This document shows positions 47,396 to 61,439 of a DNA stretch of 64,000 bases, piece after piece. Made by a program: the position numbers and the translations under genes. Source of the stretch: Vicugna vicugna (Eukaryota); the NCBI GenBank assembly GCA_013265495.1, contig MU058584.1:4098508-4162507 (forward strand), given 5' to 3'. Positions within the stretch are counted from its first letter, which is position 1. Each line of letters starts with the position of its first letter. Below the pieces are notes generated by a model. It ran no database searches and had not been told where the DNA came from. It worked only from the letters and a program-made list of their open reading frames with translations.

Positions 47396-48379
47396 ATATA
47401 TGTTTTTTAAAGTGGGCAGGAACTGACCAGACCAAGTTCACACAGCTGGTGCATCCAACCATGAGCCCTGGGTTTTTCTCCTCTGCCGTGTCCAAATCCA
47501 CGTCCTGTCTTTGAGTATATGCCCAGTCGTCATATGGGAAGCCCCTTCCCAAACATTCCTGGCTGGAGATCTTCCAGACTTTTCAGAACTCTCACTGCTT
47601 CATGTGACAGCTCCTCACTCCATTGCTGGGCGGTTCTACTGTCACTAGCATCCTTGTCACCCTGACCCACAGGGGCTAGTTCTGCCCTTGGAAGTTAACA
47701 GTATGCACTGTCTTCTACTTGGTGGCACCCCGCGTGTCTGAAGGCTGTGCTTGGCCAATCCCCCTCTAGTCTTCTGTGCCCTTTTCGTCTTATGCTTGTC
47801 TCTGGAGGGCTCTGCACAACCCCCATCCTCACCCCAGAGATAAGATAAAGCTTGTAAACCGGAGGTACCCCACTGCCTCCTCCCTAAATGTTTCTCTCTG
47901 ATTTACTATGCAAGATAAATCTGCCTAAACAGAGATAGATAAATAGATACTGAACACTCTCACTGCCCTCCTTTCCTTCTCCCTGGTTCTGAATCTGGGG
48001 TGGGGCTGGGGCTGGGGAGGGGGAGCCAGCCTCAAGCAAGTTACTGCCTGCGCCTTTAAAGTCAGATTTTAATCTCCCTTCCCCTCCACCCACCCACCAG
48101 CACAGTCAACGCATCGCTGAGACACCTGCTTGGGTGGGGGTGGGAGTGGGAGTGCAGCGGTAGTTGTTGGGGGAAAGGGTGGCAGGCACTTGCTTGGTGT
48201 GTAGGGAGCAAAACTCTGCTCCTGGCTACAGAGTCTGACTGGAGCCTGAGAGAGATCTCTTTCGGTAACAGTGGCCAGGCACACACACACAAAAAAAGAC
48301 CCTTTAAGGCAAGACACAACCCTACCTTAGGAAAAATGGCCCAGGTCTGTGTAGGAAATGTACAACACAAACAGGACCC

Positions 48380-49660
48380 TTGTCATACTGCAAGCAAGGA
48401 TGCTATCAAAGACCACGAGCAAGGATGCTATCAAAGACCACGAGCAAGGATGCTATCAAAGACCACGAGCAAGGATGCTATCAAAGACCACGAGCAAGGA
48501 TGCTATCAAAGACCACGAGCAAGGATGCTATCAAAGACCACGAGCAAGGATCCTATCAAAGACCACGAGCAAAGACCTCTGGACTTGGGTCAAAAAGAAC
48601 TTGGGAGCCAACCTGAGGAGGCTCCCACTGGCCAGCAGTTGAACCACTTAAGCATCAGTAAGAAAAATAACAACAGTGGATTAAAATAACTTAAATATGT
48701 TCAAGTCTATGCAGTCATCATGACACTACAACCAACCAACCAACACACTCATTGCTCTCCTTCAGAGGATGCTTGGGAACCAAATCCTTACTTAATTTTT
48801 TTACTGAAAAACAAAAACCCTTGCTTTTAGTTATAAAATATATCAAACATACACAAAAGTAGGATAGAGGAATGAACCTCTGTGCAGCTGGCACTTGACC
48901 TCAACAACGATCAGCCCACTGCTCTTCTTTTAGATGTTTACTCCCTCCCCCTTTCCAGGGTTATTTTGAATTAAGTCATAAGCGTCGTATCCATCTAAAG
49001 ATCATAATCTCTGTAAATAAGCATCTATCCTGGGTATTTATCAGAGTAACGGAATAGTTGATGAGGACTTTATAGAAGTATTCCACCCAATAAATGAAAA
49101 AAGACCTAACCCATAAGAAAATAGCAGCGGTAGGCAGTGATCATCAGTGGCTTCTCATGTCACCCAGATAAAGACCTTGGGACACCATGAACCTCCTGAT
49201 GAAATACACCAAACTACCTTGAAGGAGTCTTGCTACCACGTCACACCTGAATTCCATCAAGCCTCCAGGTCCACCTGCCAGTTTATACAATCCAGGAGGC
49301 AGAGGCCCAGGCCACAGAACGCCACAGGGATGCAGGCAGCGCAATCCAGACTGTGGGAAATCTATGGCAGAAACAAACTCAACGATACAGTTCAAGGAAA
49401 TCAGACGGGTTGGGGGCAGGGCGGAGTGTGGGGAAGGAAACCTGATGTAAAAGAGGCAAAACAACGTGTAAGCCAGTTGGCACCTCATTCAAACAAACAC
49501 ACTGCAATGCTGAAAAAGGAAGGTTGGAAGAATGTAAATGCTGACCAGATATTTGATGATATGAAGGAATTAGAGTAAATTGTGCAGGTAGGATAATGGT
49601 GTTGTGGTTATGTTTTTTTATAAGTCTCTAATTTTTAGAGATACACCCTGAAATATGTAT
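48380..49660 (+). mobile_element. Old L1MC/MD-type 3'UTR region hosting the minisatellite
   Basis: Resembles old L1 3'UTR (ggagccaacctgaggaggctcccactggcc; aatccagactgtgggaaa; gatatttgatgatatgaaggaatt). Family assigned from memory. Confidence 0.6.
48394..48572. repeat. 25-bp minisatellite (GCAAGGATGCTATCAAAGACCACGA) x7
   Basis: Units at 48394, 48419, 48444, 48469, 48494, 48519 and 48544; one mismatch, in the last copy. Confidence 0.97.
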
Positions 49661-50582
49661 GTGTGGTTCATTATATCATTTTCCTCTACATTCATATGTG
49701 TTTGGAACAGAAAGAGCTGCCTTGGTTCCCTCTTCGGAAGACGGGGAGCTGGTCAGAAGTGAAGCTTCGCTGGTAAGTACATTATGGGATGAAATGGCAC
49801 TTTTCCCAGGCTGCTGACATCTTTTCTGAGCTTCTGGAGAGCTCCCCAAGGTGGGCTCTGTTCTGGGGTGTCTCTGTGCCTCCAGTCTGCCAGGCCCGGG
49901 GCTGGACCCCTGGGCTTTCCCTAAACCCTCCTGAGCAGGGAGAGCCAAGCACCCTTTCAGAGAGAGCTTGGCTGTGCTCCATTCTTACTTAGCTACATAC
50001 TTAATCCCCCAATTCCCTTTCTTAATCTAGAAAATCAGCAATAGAACTAAATTCACAGGGTGGTTGTAAGGATAAAATGGCAAAATAAATATGAAGATGC
50101 TCTATTATCAAATTAATAACTCACAGTAATAATAACATATATTGAAGTCTAACTGTGTTCCAGATTTAGTTCTAAGAGCTTTACAGGCATCATCTCATTA
50201 ATCTCATAAAACCCTACAAGGGATGTACTATTATTCACCTCATCTCATGGATGGGGAAGTCAGGGCTCCAGGATGTAAAGGATCAGTGCTGTGTTTGTAT
50301 ATTTTTTTTCTTAATGCGCAGGATGAAGAGGGTACTGGCCACCCTTTAATAATCTGAGGGACAGTAGGACGTTCTCTCTCTGAAAATATCTTCAGATGGA
50401 GGCCTTTGGGTCTCTGTTAGAGTGGAAGTGACCCTGACAGGGGTACGACATTAAGTTTCTGTGCACCACTAATGCCTTACCATGAAACTGTTTATCAGAT
50501 TACTCTCCCTCCTCTGCCGGGACCCTAGAGAAAAGAGGACTGGTCAGGCTAGGAAGGGAAGAAGGTATTAAGGAAAAGTCCA

Positions 50583-50695
50583 GGGGGCGGGTATAGCTCA
50601 GTGGTAGAGCACATGCTTAGCTTGCACGAGGTCCTGGATTCAATTCCCCAGTACCTCCATTAAAAAAATTAAAATAAATACCAAAAAAAAAAAAA
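50583..50695 (+). mobile_element. tRNA-derived SINE (Vic-1-like), well preserved
   Basis: gggggcgggtatagctcagtggtagagcacatgcttagc...cagtacctcc, A tail, TSD aaaagtcca. Confidence 0.93.
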
Positions 50696-51595
50696 GGACA
50701 AAAGTCCACCATAATCTTGGCAATTGTACCTGGAACCTGTCCTGATTCCAACCTCAAGCAGTCAGTGCCAGGTGACGGGTGAATAAAGCTGCCTTCCTTG
50801 TTCTCAGACAGACCCAGGGAAGGGAGAGGCCCCTCCTGGATGTGCCGTCTGTGTGGTTCCAGCACCTGCCCAGAAGGACCCCTTCCTCGCTGCCCCCCTG
50901 CCACCCAGTCAGACTCTGGAAGCCTGGCTCCTCTGACAGCTGATGCCTTTTTGAGACATCCTGGTGGAAAACTTGGAAGCTGTCTGGAGAACCACAGGTA
51001 CTGCTGGAGCAGCCGCTGGCTCTGCGGCCGGATCTGGGTCTCCCCTCCTGCCCCACTGACCCAGGCAGGCCAGACGCTGTCATTTTGATCCCCACCAGGT
51101 TGTCATGAAAGTCCTCAGCCCAGCCACACTATGGCCCCTGGAAATTCCTAAATGTCTTTCCCCTGGGCTGTGCTCTAGAGGACCAGGCAACGAATCAAAA
51201 GGCTGCACAAGCCAGGCCCTGGAGCTGTGAGGGGCCAGGGATTTGGAAAAAGCACTCTTTGTTCACGGCAGGTCAGCTGTTACACATAAAAGCCAAAGCG
51301 CTTCTGGCTCTCCTGACAGGTGTCCAGTGTGCAGCACACGCAGGTGGAGAGGCTGGCTGCTTCCAGGTTCGAGCATGTTACCCTATAGCCATGCTTTTGT
51401 TTCTAGCCGCCCAGTTAAAGGGACACAAAAGAACACAGCCCTGCCTGAGTGAAGACAACATGGTGAAGGGCCTTGAGCCATGAAGAATGACTGAGATGAT
51501 GATGTTAAGCCTGATAAAGGCAAGACTTGGGGACCCAGAAATGCTTTCAGTATTTAAAAGTCGGTCTCATGAACAAGAGGTTAGATGTGCGTGCA

Positions 51596-51624
51596 TGTCT
51601 GTGTGTGTGTGTGTGTGTGTGTGT
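51596..51624. repeat. (TG)n microsatellite
   Basis: Direct reading. Confidence 0.9.
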
Positions 51625-51677
51625 ATACTTGAGTTCACTGAAAGAAGCTTTGCTGAGAACGGGTTGCCGAGGCCATA

Positions 51678-51878
51678 TGGTGGGTAGGAGTGCTGGCTCT
51701 GAAGTCAGAACATCCAGCTTCAAATCCTACCTTCTGTGCCTAAGTTATCTTGTCTGTAAAGTGGAACTAAAAAGTAGTACTTATCTTCAAGGGCTGTTGT
51801 AAAGATTAAAATGAGTGAATGTACGTAAAAATGCTTTGAATGGCCTGGTTCATACTAAGCACTCAATAAATGTTAGGT
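51678..51878 (+). mobile_element. MIR, near full length
   Basis: ggctctgaagtcaga...tctgtaaagtgg...aagcactcaataaatgttag. Confidence 0.85.
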
Positions 51879-51990
51879 TAATATAATGTTCACCACTGTC
51901 AGCAGACAGAAACTTCTGTGATATCACAAATGAAGACAGCAAGATCCAAGTTGTATGACCAATTTTGTTTTTAAAATGCACATTATTTTG

Positions 51991-52167
51991 TTTTCTTTGT
52001 TTTTTTAAATCTGTTGCAATTTTAATTTTTTTTAAACATCTTTTTGGATTTGGGGGCGGGGAACTAGGTTTATTTATTTATTTATTTTTAACAGAAATCC
52101 TGGGGATTGAACCCAGCACCTCCTGCGTGCTAAGCACGCACTCTACCACTAAGCTCTACTCTCCCTC
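51991..52167 (-). mobile_element. tRNA-derived SINE (Vic-1-like) with 19-bp TSD
   Basis: Flanked by taaaatgcacattattttg at 51972-51990 and 52168-52186; A and B boxes on the minus strand. Confidence 0.93.
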
Positions 52168-54208
52168 TAAAATGCACATTATTTTGGAAGAATATTAGAA
52201 GAAAATACTGCAAAATGTCAACAACAGATTAGGTGATTTCGGGACAACAGAATTATGGATGCTTTAAATTTTTACACTTTTAAGTATTGCGTATTTTCTA
52301 GATAAGCATGTATTACTTCATAAATAGAAAAACATTGTTTATGCTATCTCTGTTTCCAAAATGCTTAAAGATGTAGTGAGATCCTGGTCCCTAATAGGGT
52401 TTAAACCACCTTGTCGCCAAAAGTATTCAAACCTGTACGGCTAATGGACAGTTGCATTATTTATACTGTTTAATCTCAACCATTAAGAAGCCAGTGTATA
52501 AAAATAAGGACTGGAAAGAAATCAGTGACACTGGTAGTAGTGGTTACTCTACAGAGATGAGTGATGACTAAGGTCTGTTGCTTTATTCTTCTCTGTACTT
52601 TAAACGTTTTCTAAATTAAATGTGCACTATTTTGAAAGTGGGGGGGGGAGGGGCATTAACCGGAATGAAAACTAAACCAGAAAGAAATCAAAAGAGAAGG
52701 TCAGTCTTGACTAGCTCAAAGGCCCCCACAGACCTGCCGATCTCGTTTCTGCGACCATGACTGTGACCACGAGATGGAGGCAATTACATGACGTGACACA
52801 TCCGCCTCCATGCACCACGCACTGCAGCCCAATGGTGGTCGTGCCCCCCTCCTTCCCCTTCAAAAACCACCCAGAAGTTCCAATTTGCTTTTGCATCACA
52901 TAGCAAACCTCTCCCCACACCATGTGGCTTCAGCATCTCACACTCTGGTCACAAACTTTCCACCTATGTCCCCAGTCCGTGTCTCTCCCACCCAGCTAGG
53001 TTCACCTCCGTGGGGCCTCAACTACACCTGTCCTCTCCATGCCTGGACCGCAGCTGACCCCTCACCCCGGACCCCTCCTCCCTCCTGTCAATCCACGTAT
53101 CCACATCCTACCCATCAGTCAAGGTCGCCTGAGCTCCTCCTGCAGATGCCAGTTCCTTTTCTGCACCAAACGATTGATCACAACTACCTTCTTTACTGCC
53201 CTTGACCCTGGGTCTTGTCTTGCCCATTTGGGTATGAGCTTCTTGACTGTGAGGTCACATTTCCTACTTCTCTGTTATCTTCCATGCCCCAGATCTAAAC
53301 ACCTAGCTCGACACTGAGGAGGTGCTCAGAATTCAAAAACCACGCTGGACTATGTTACTCAATGGCCACGGCCGCATTGTCTGATACCCCAGTCCCAGCC
53401 CAAGCCAAGACCCAATTAGGCAGACAACCAATGGATCCGAAAAGAGAGTAGACCTGCCAGGTGGTTTGTTAAGGCGGCCCTACAGTTGAAACACAGTCCT
53501 GCCCTGGTGTGAAAGAAACAGTTTCCTCACTTTTCCCTGAACATTCGGTGCTTGGTTTAGAGCTTCTCAACACGTGCCAAATGGAGACGAACTGGAGAAG
53601 TCTAGGTAGGGTCATGACGACGGGAAACAGAAAGTGGAAAAAAAAGTAAAGAAAATAGGGTTAATTTAGCTAGGAAAAGAGTTGATATGAGTCCATGCTA
53701 GTCTTCAATATATGAAGAAAACCGTAGCAGCTGTGTGCCTTACGGTGCTACTTCGCCCTTCAGATACCCCCTCCCTTCCCAGTCCTGCCCCCCAGCACCC
53801 TGGAGGTCTCTTCCTGTTCAAGCAACCATGGAGCCAACGTGAGACCTCTCCCAGCTCCAAAATTTTAGCCTGGAACCTCTTCAACCTGAGACCATAGGCT
53901 CTGAAACATGAAAACAAGGGTGACTGAGGCATATTCTTCTCAGGTGATTTCAGAGAGAACAGGGACATTTTAAAGGATGGTTTAAGCAAGACCTTTTTAA
54001 ACCTTTTATCTCTTCAGCCCACTCTGCTTCAAATCAAACGTGATGATGCACATGGGTTCCACGTAAAATATATAACTACTTTGTTATAAAAAGATTTGAA
54101 AAGCATTTTAATAATCTTGCTTTTGAAATTATTTGGTTGCAAGTAATTTATTTAATTTGTGATTGGCTATAATTTCTTGGCTTTTATCATGCACTCTTGG
54201 AAATTTTT

Positions 54209-54423
54209 TTTTCTTGTATGAAGTTTTTTTTTAAAATTTATAATGTATTAGCTTCTGGTATACAGCATAATGATTCAGTTATATATATATATTATATATA
54301 TGTGTGTATATATATATACTTTTCCATTACATGTTACTACAAGCCATTGAATATAGTTCTCTGTGCTATACAATAGGACCTTGTTTTTATCTATTCTGTA
54401 CATAGTAGTTTGTATCAGCCAAT
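54209..54423 (-). mobile_element. Short L1 3' end
   Basis: Reverse of the L1 3'UTR seen elsewhere in the window; TSD-like ctcttgg(a/g)aattttt on both sides. Confidence 0.85.
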
Positions 54424-57400
54424 CTCTTGGGAATTTTTGTAACGTCAAAAAATTCTAACCTACAACTTCCCTTCACAGGTAAGATTTATGTGAATATTTA
54501 TGTCAACAATAAGGCTGGTATAGAGCACAGTTATAATATTGCCTGAAAACAGCACCTACTGTATTGGTTCTTGACCATTAACCATTAGAAGGTGTTATAA
54601 GAACAAAGTTATGTATAATAGATAGAATACAAAAACTTAGAAGTAACTTTCTTCTATTGCAAAATTTAAAGTGGAGTCAAAGATAAACCTATGTCAAAAT
54701 CACTTTCAGTTATATGCACTCTTGACCCGGGGAGAAAGTTGGGTGCAGGGTGACGGTGGGGTTTTTGGCAGTCACATGGGGAACACACATTCCAGCGCCA
54801 TCCAGCATGGGCTGGGATTGAAAGAAAACTTCAGAATTTCTGCTCTCGTCATTTGGCGTGAAATGTCTTACTGCTTTTTGAAACCACCAGTTTCCTGAGG
54901 ATAGACGCAGTAAGTTCATGATGCCAGCCAGCACTGAGTGCTAGGGGCTTAAGAAACAGCGTATTGAATTGACTGGTACACAATACTCCAGATGGAGACA
55001 CATTGCAAATGGCACCGTTGTCCCAACTTTCTGCAGGAAAAAGCAGAGGGGATCACAGGAGCATCACTTCGTTTAGCCCCGAGAGACTGGTCAGGAATTC
55101 CTGTCTGCCTATTTCACAGGGGACACTGAGGCACAGGGTAGGTGGGGAAAAGCTTTGTGCTGGGTGCTCAGAAGGACCCCAGGCCTCCACTGAAGTTGGT
55201 TTCCAGCCTTTGGCAGCAGGCCTATCTGACCCTTTCACTAGGTGTGAGCCCTCCCTAAGCGACCTGCCCCCTCCCTTCCCTGCCTCTCAGCCAAGACTCT
55301 CTGGGGACGGGCTCTCGTCACCCTGTGGACAACTCTTGGAAGGAGGCTCAGAGCTAAGAACTGTCTCAGAAGGAATTAGAGGCGTTCCCTGGATCTCGTG
55401 AAACGTTCTCTGACCTGAGGATGATCTTGAACTCACAGCAGCTTCACCCCAACTCCTGGCCCCACTCGGGAAAGTGCTGTCCTCCACCGCTGTGGGATGG
55501 AGGGGCCAAAATGACATCTCCTCTCTCGTGACCTTTCAGAACCCCAAGCCCCAGGCCCGTGTGTTCTCCCCAGGGCTCACAAAATGTTGAGCTCCCGCAG
55601 GTGCTGAAGATAAAGAGAGAAGGCAGATAGGTCCTCCTCACCAACAGCCAAGGCGCTGCTTGACCGTCAGGACACCGCGTTTCGGGTTGCACCTTGGCTT
55701 TGGTTTGAAGCTCACCTCACCTCTGTGTGGCTGGGCTGGGTGAGCCTCCCTCCTCTCTGAGTGTCTCCCACACACGGCTCTGTGCAGTGCGTTGGCACTC
55801 CCTTCCTTCCCCTCCTCTGCCCACATCCCTCTCCTGTCTCTTGCTCTTACCAGAAGCAAAGCTTCTGCTGGCTGGGGCCAGCCAGGTTGCTGACCTTTAA
55901 GAGCACGGAGCTGGGACGGGACAGCAGAGGAAACCCAGCTGCTGTGGAGGCAGCAGCTCAGGAGGGCCTGGGCCTCAGGCCTCCAGGCCCCGTGCAGGGC
56001 TGGAGCCACTTCAAGGGAAATCCTTCTGGACTTAAGTTGAAAGGGCCTGTGTCTCTTCTCCTGGGAGAGCGCCTGGGTAGGGGACGTGGGGTGGCGGATC
56101 ACTTATCTGACGCATGTTTCCACAGTTCATTAGGATAGAACCCGAGTTTGCCTCAAGGCTGGTGAGAAGCTCAAATGGGGGAGGGAGAGGCTTGGGTGAG
56201 CTCTGGTTTGGGCCCTTTCTAGGAGCCCATGCTGTACCCACAGAGCAGCTAGCCAGCATTCTAATACCTTTAGCTTGTAAGCTATCGTGTCCAGGAGAGA
56301 AAACCGAGCCCCTCTCACGGGTATGCTGCCTAGACCCTAGAAGTAGCCACCCTCACCCTCCTATTCAGCTTTCCCACCAGCCTCAGATGCCCTTTAAAAC
56401 ATTTTCAGCCTAGTTTTTCCCCAAAAAGGAGCTGGGATTTATCATTTATCTCCTGTGTTCCTGGCACCGGCTATAAACGTGTATCTCATTTAATCTTCGG
56501 AGCCCGCTCAGGGAGATGGATCAGATTCTCCCCATTTTAGAGACAGGAGGAAGAGGCTCAGGGAGGTGAAGTCACTGCCCGAAGTCACACAGCTGGTAGG
56601 GAGAGGAGCTGTTCTGTGAGGTGCCAAGGCCCACGTCACCTGCAGTGCAGCCCTTGCTTCTGGAGACCAGGAGGGACTGGCGTGCAACGACAATGAAGCT
56701 GTTTTACATCGGCACAGCGCTTTGCCGCAGTGCTCCTCAGCTCTGAATCTGGGGCATGAATTGGGCCCGAGAAGAGGTGCTGCTCCCCTTCCCTCCTCAG
56801 GCACAGGTCAGCTCAGCCACTTCTTGACGGACATGAGAAAGCACTCGCCCACTGGGCTGGCCGCAGAGACAGCGGGAGTTTTCTGAGCAGAGGCCACCCT
56901 GGGCTGTCCGCAGCAAGTGTCCCGCTGGGGCTGGGGGTGGAAGGGCTTCAGTACTAGCTTGGCCTGAGGGTGGGCCTGGCAGGGCTGTGTGCGGCAGCGG
57001 AATCAGAGGTGGGCGCCCCGGGTCCCTGCAAGCACAGCCCTCCCCGTCCACCTCCCTTGTGCTCTGGCCCACAGGTCAGCGACCCCTGCAATTTTGTTTC
57101 CTTCTTGTTTCTCTGAGAGCACCTTGGTCTCAGGAGCCTGATTCCTTTACCTCTAGTCATCAGACAGATACCACTTGCTCACCCTGCCGTCTTCCCTGCC
57201 TCTGTTTTCTGCCTTCCCTGTGCGCTGCCTATTGTCATGGGGGCTCTACCTCGGTCGCAGGGACAGCTAGGGCTTCTCCTGGCTCTCAGGAGCCCCTTCC
57301 TCATCCCGTCCCCTCAGGGAGCCCAGAGGACAGAGTGGGGGTCCTGGAGGAGGAGGAGGAGGTGGTGCCTGGCGCCCGCTGACTGGAGCATCCTGAGATC

Positions 57401-58960
57401 ATGTCCTGCGTCCCACATTTGCCACTTCGGGAAAACAGAGGCAAGCAAGGGTCTGAGTGCTGGAGGGAAGACATCCTTGCCTGAGCAGATCTGCAGGTGG
57501 GCACGCACGGTGCACAGTGAGGGGTGGGGGTCAGGGACCCGAGGGTGGCATGGGTGGACCTGCCCCTTCCTGCCTGCCACTCCTCACCAGACATCACCGG
57601 GTGGGAGCCCTAGAGCTAACAGAATGATTTACAGTTCAGCAGCTGCACTTGCAGAAGCTCAGTCCTCAAGTCCTGGCCTTGGATTGCTGGCAACTCAAGG
57701 AAATGATCTGTTTATACATCTGCCTCTCCAGTGAGCTCCCGGGGTCAGGGCCCCTGTCTTCTCCTCCTGCAGTGCTGGCTGGTGCATGGAGGGCTGAGTG
57801 CCAGGCTCCAGTCGGGGAGGATTCCCTGCCTGGCATGGCTTCCTTGGAGGTTAAAACCCGGGTGGAGTAGGGAGCAGGAGGGGCAGAGCTCAGGAAGCGC
57901 TCTTTCCATTCCGCAGCCAGCCCCAAGTCCCCACAGACCTTTTGGATGGGATATAACTATTTCCCACCAAGAACAATATGAATTTTGCTCTCTGCTTCCC
58001 TCTGGCTGAGTCCCGGAGGAGATCAGTATGGTCATAGGGTGGGAGTTGGGGAAAGAAGCCACAATGCTAACAGGAAGGTTGAACCACTAGGTCATCAACT
58101 AGAAGAAAATGACCGGAGGGCTGGAGTCAGGGGAGGGGCAGGATTTGTGGTCAGCCACCTACCAGCACGTCCTTCCCCTTGCCTCTCTGTCCACTCTATC
58201 CCTCCGACCCCTTCAAGGACACACCCCCATGCTCGGAGGGGCAGATAGCCTCAGCTCCACTGCTCCCAAGAGATAGATAACAAGAGAAGAGGCATTGTCA
58301 GCCAAAGAAATGAGCAGCAAGGAGAAGTCAGTGGAAAGAAAACATGTTTTGATCACAGCAAGAAACTGGTTTGGGTCTTGCATCAACCCCCTAATTTTTC
58401 ATATGAGAAATTGAATTCAGAAGGGACACAAGACCTGCCTGAATCACCACAGCTCTTGAGAAACAACTCAGGGAGGTGGCAAGCGCCCTGGCCTTGGAGG
58501 CTGAAGTGCTGTGGGCCACGGGCAAGTCACTGACCCTCTCTGAGCATCGTGGGCCAACTCCAGAGGGTTGTGGTGGGGATCACCAGAGATTGCTTGTGTG
58601 GAAATACTGTGTAAACTGAAACATAGAAATAAAACAGAAGACCTCAGTGGCAGAACTGGGACCAGAGCCCCGGTCTCCCCAGGCCCAGGCCCAGGCCCCC
58701 ATCCAGCACCCGACCTGAGCTCGGCGGCAGAGCATGCAATCCGGCAGGCACACCACCGATGGCATGCACATCTGTTTCGCACGCTGCAGAGGCCAGTCTC
58801 TGCTACCACATCCTTTCTGTCTGGCTTGTGGGACCTGCTGCCTGCTGAGAGGGTCATCAGACAAATGCCCCATCCCACCTTGTGAAAGAGCCCTGACCAC
58901 TAAACGCTGGGCCACTGCCAGCCGTTCATACATCTTTGTGTGAGTGACAAAGAGCCCCTT

Positions 58961-59170
58961 CTACTAACTACTAAATAAAATAGATAACAAGGTCCTACTG
59001 CATAGCACAGGGAACTATATTCAATGCCTTGTAACGGCCTATAATGAAGGAATATGAAAAGGAATATCTATGTAAATGTATAGATGACTCACTAGGCTGT
59101 ACACCAGAAATTAACACAGCATTGTAAATCGACTATACTTCAATTAAAAAAAAGTCACACATTAAAAAAA
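58961..59170 (+). mobile_element. Short L1 3' end
   Basis: aacaaggtcctactgcatagcacagggaactatattcaa...gactatacttcaattaaaaaaaa. Confidence 0.88.
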
Positions 59171-59449
59171 GAAGAAGCATGTTCGTGGAGGCCGGGCCTA
59201 GGTAATCACTCTCCTGTAGGTGGGTGCTCCTGGGCCCCCCTCCACCGTGAAGGGTGCAGGCAGCTTCTGGACCCCCTGGGAGCCTCAGCCTGGTGCCTTT
59301 ATCCACTGCTCATGCTGATAACCACACTTGGCGGTGCTGACTAAAGGGATCACTAACCACACGCTGGGAGAGCCAGACCCACCACACTTCCAATGATGCT
59401 TGATGGAGTGTCTTCTGGTGACAAGGCAGCAAGGCCAAAGGGAATGAGC

Positions 59450-59605
59450 ACCAAACTGAGCGTTCGAAGATGTGGGTCATGGTCCTACAATACTACTTTC
59501 TAGCCGTGTTCCCTTGAGGAACTCACTTAGTCACCCAGAGCCTTAGTTTCCTGATCTGTCAAATGGGAATGACAAGCCCTCTCTCAAAGGGTGTGTGGTG
59601 AGGCA
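59450..59605 (+). mobile_element. MIR
   Basis: gagccttagtttcctgatctgtcaaatggg core. Confidence 0.65.
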
Positions 59606-61439
59606 AAAACAAAGGAGCTTTGTAGAATAGAAATCAGGATATGGCTCCAAGAGATTGTTAGTGTATGTTCTAACAAAATTTTTAAAATAATTTTATTGCT
59701 AAGATGACATCATGGTAACACTGAGGCTTTCTTTTCAAAGTTAGAAAAAGATCCTCTCTGATGGAGCAAACCAGTATTTTCCTTCCTGCATGTGCACGCG
59801 TGTTTCTATGCCACATTAGGGAGCATATTCTTGTAGTTCAAATAGTTCTGGACAAAAACTTGGGGAAGTGAGAATACAGTGAGTACAGGGAGGAAGCCCG
59901 CCCTGAGGGTCTTTGGGCTCAGCCTCTGAGAGGGCTGAGGGCAGCAGTTTGCCCCCCTCCCCATTTCATTAGTCCACACCTCATGGAAAGGCAACTTGAA
60001 AAGCAGGGTTGAGAAGCACATAATGGATTTGTGAGGTTTTAATACCCGGCAGCCTACAAAAGACTAATAAAAATCCAGGGCAGGATTTTCCCAAGAGGGA
60101 TGTGTCACTGCGGAATAAAAATGGAAGAAAGAAAGGCGAGTTCCTAGGAGGATTTCCCCCCCATCCTCTGTGTTTATAGGTACAGGTTTTGCGTTCTTGT
60201 CTGACAGTTTAAAATATCCATGGTGTTAAATCAGCGCTCCAGTAACAAAAATAAAAGTGCTCCCACGTCGCCTTCTTGGAAAATATGTATTCAAATAGGA
60301 TGAAATGTTATCACGGGCTTTTGTGTCTGGAAACGGGGTTAATTGAAGACTTCCTGCCTGCTTTGTGATTAGGTGACGCTCCCATTGAGACGCCAGCAAT
60401 GCCCTGTCTACTTAATGGGCTCTGTTCATTTTCTTCCTATTCATCCGGTTTGGTTGTGGAATTCCATGGAAGTGTGACCCTTTTCAGGGAGCAGAGAAGC
60501 AAAATGCTGCTGTTCCCTTAGAGGCTGTGACTGTCCGGAAAACCGATACGTCGGAGCTGCGGGGACACAAACCCAGAGTGACAGAGGACAGGGACCTGGG
60601 TCCTCTTTCCTGAGATCTGTAAAATGTGCTGTGACTGTCCCACAGGAAAGAGGCCGAGGGGCTCCTGGCTGATTGGTTTTCAAAGGGCAAGAGCCCCACT
60701 GCTGAGCAGGGGTGGCTTTGTTGGACCAAAGCCCAGGGTGGCCCCTCCCAGGCTCCGAGGCTTCCCCACCTCCCCCTTTCTCACAGTCGCTTTCCCTGAA
60801 ACGAAAGAACCGAAGAATCATGATGCATTCGTTCCTTCAAAAGCAGCTTTAAAAATGCATGAAACCAAGATTGAATGCCACCCAGGCCGGCCTGTGACCC
60901 GTGCCCGTGCTGAGGTGTTGGGACAGGCAGGCCCAGCGAGGAAGCTGACCTCTCGGCCAGGGAGGCAGAGCCGGCGTAGCTGCCAAAAGCCCCCCATCTC
61001 CATCCCCTTTTGCTGACCTCCTGGCCCAAGGAAGGAACAGTGGCTGGTTCATCTTTGTGTCCCTCCCAGCACAGAGAAACCCCACAGAAAGCAATCCACG
61101 TTCCTCAAGCAAATGCATTGGCACAGGACTGAGGGAGGAGGGCCACCGGCCTCTTAACTCCAAAGTGATGGCTCCAGGTGCTGCCCTCAGAGCCCTTCCA
61201 TCTTTTTGCTTCACCTTGCCCTCATTTTACTTAATTTTTCTTCTCCCTTTCTCTTTTCCCCTCTCATTCTCTCTTTCCTCCTTTGACATCTCAGAAGGAA
61301 CTTACATCAAGCAGTTATTAGAGTTTTATGTGTGTTAAAATAATCAATTTGTTCAATTCTCTTGTCACTTCTAAAATAGCAGATTTTATTCTATATTTAT
61401 AAATTCTGAAATCCTACTTTTTGCATTTCTTCCTTTAAA

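Noticed and set aside
48336..48689. 25-bp repeat array as a CRISPR array or repeat-protein ORFs
   Set aside because: Head-to-tail copies with no spacers in eukaryotic DNA; the three ORFs exist only because the unit lacks stop codons.
50583..50660. tRNA gene
   Set aside because: The A/B boxes belong to a SINE head followed by an A-rich tail and TSD; no intact cloverleaf.
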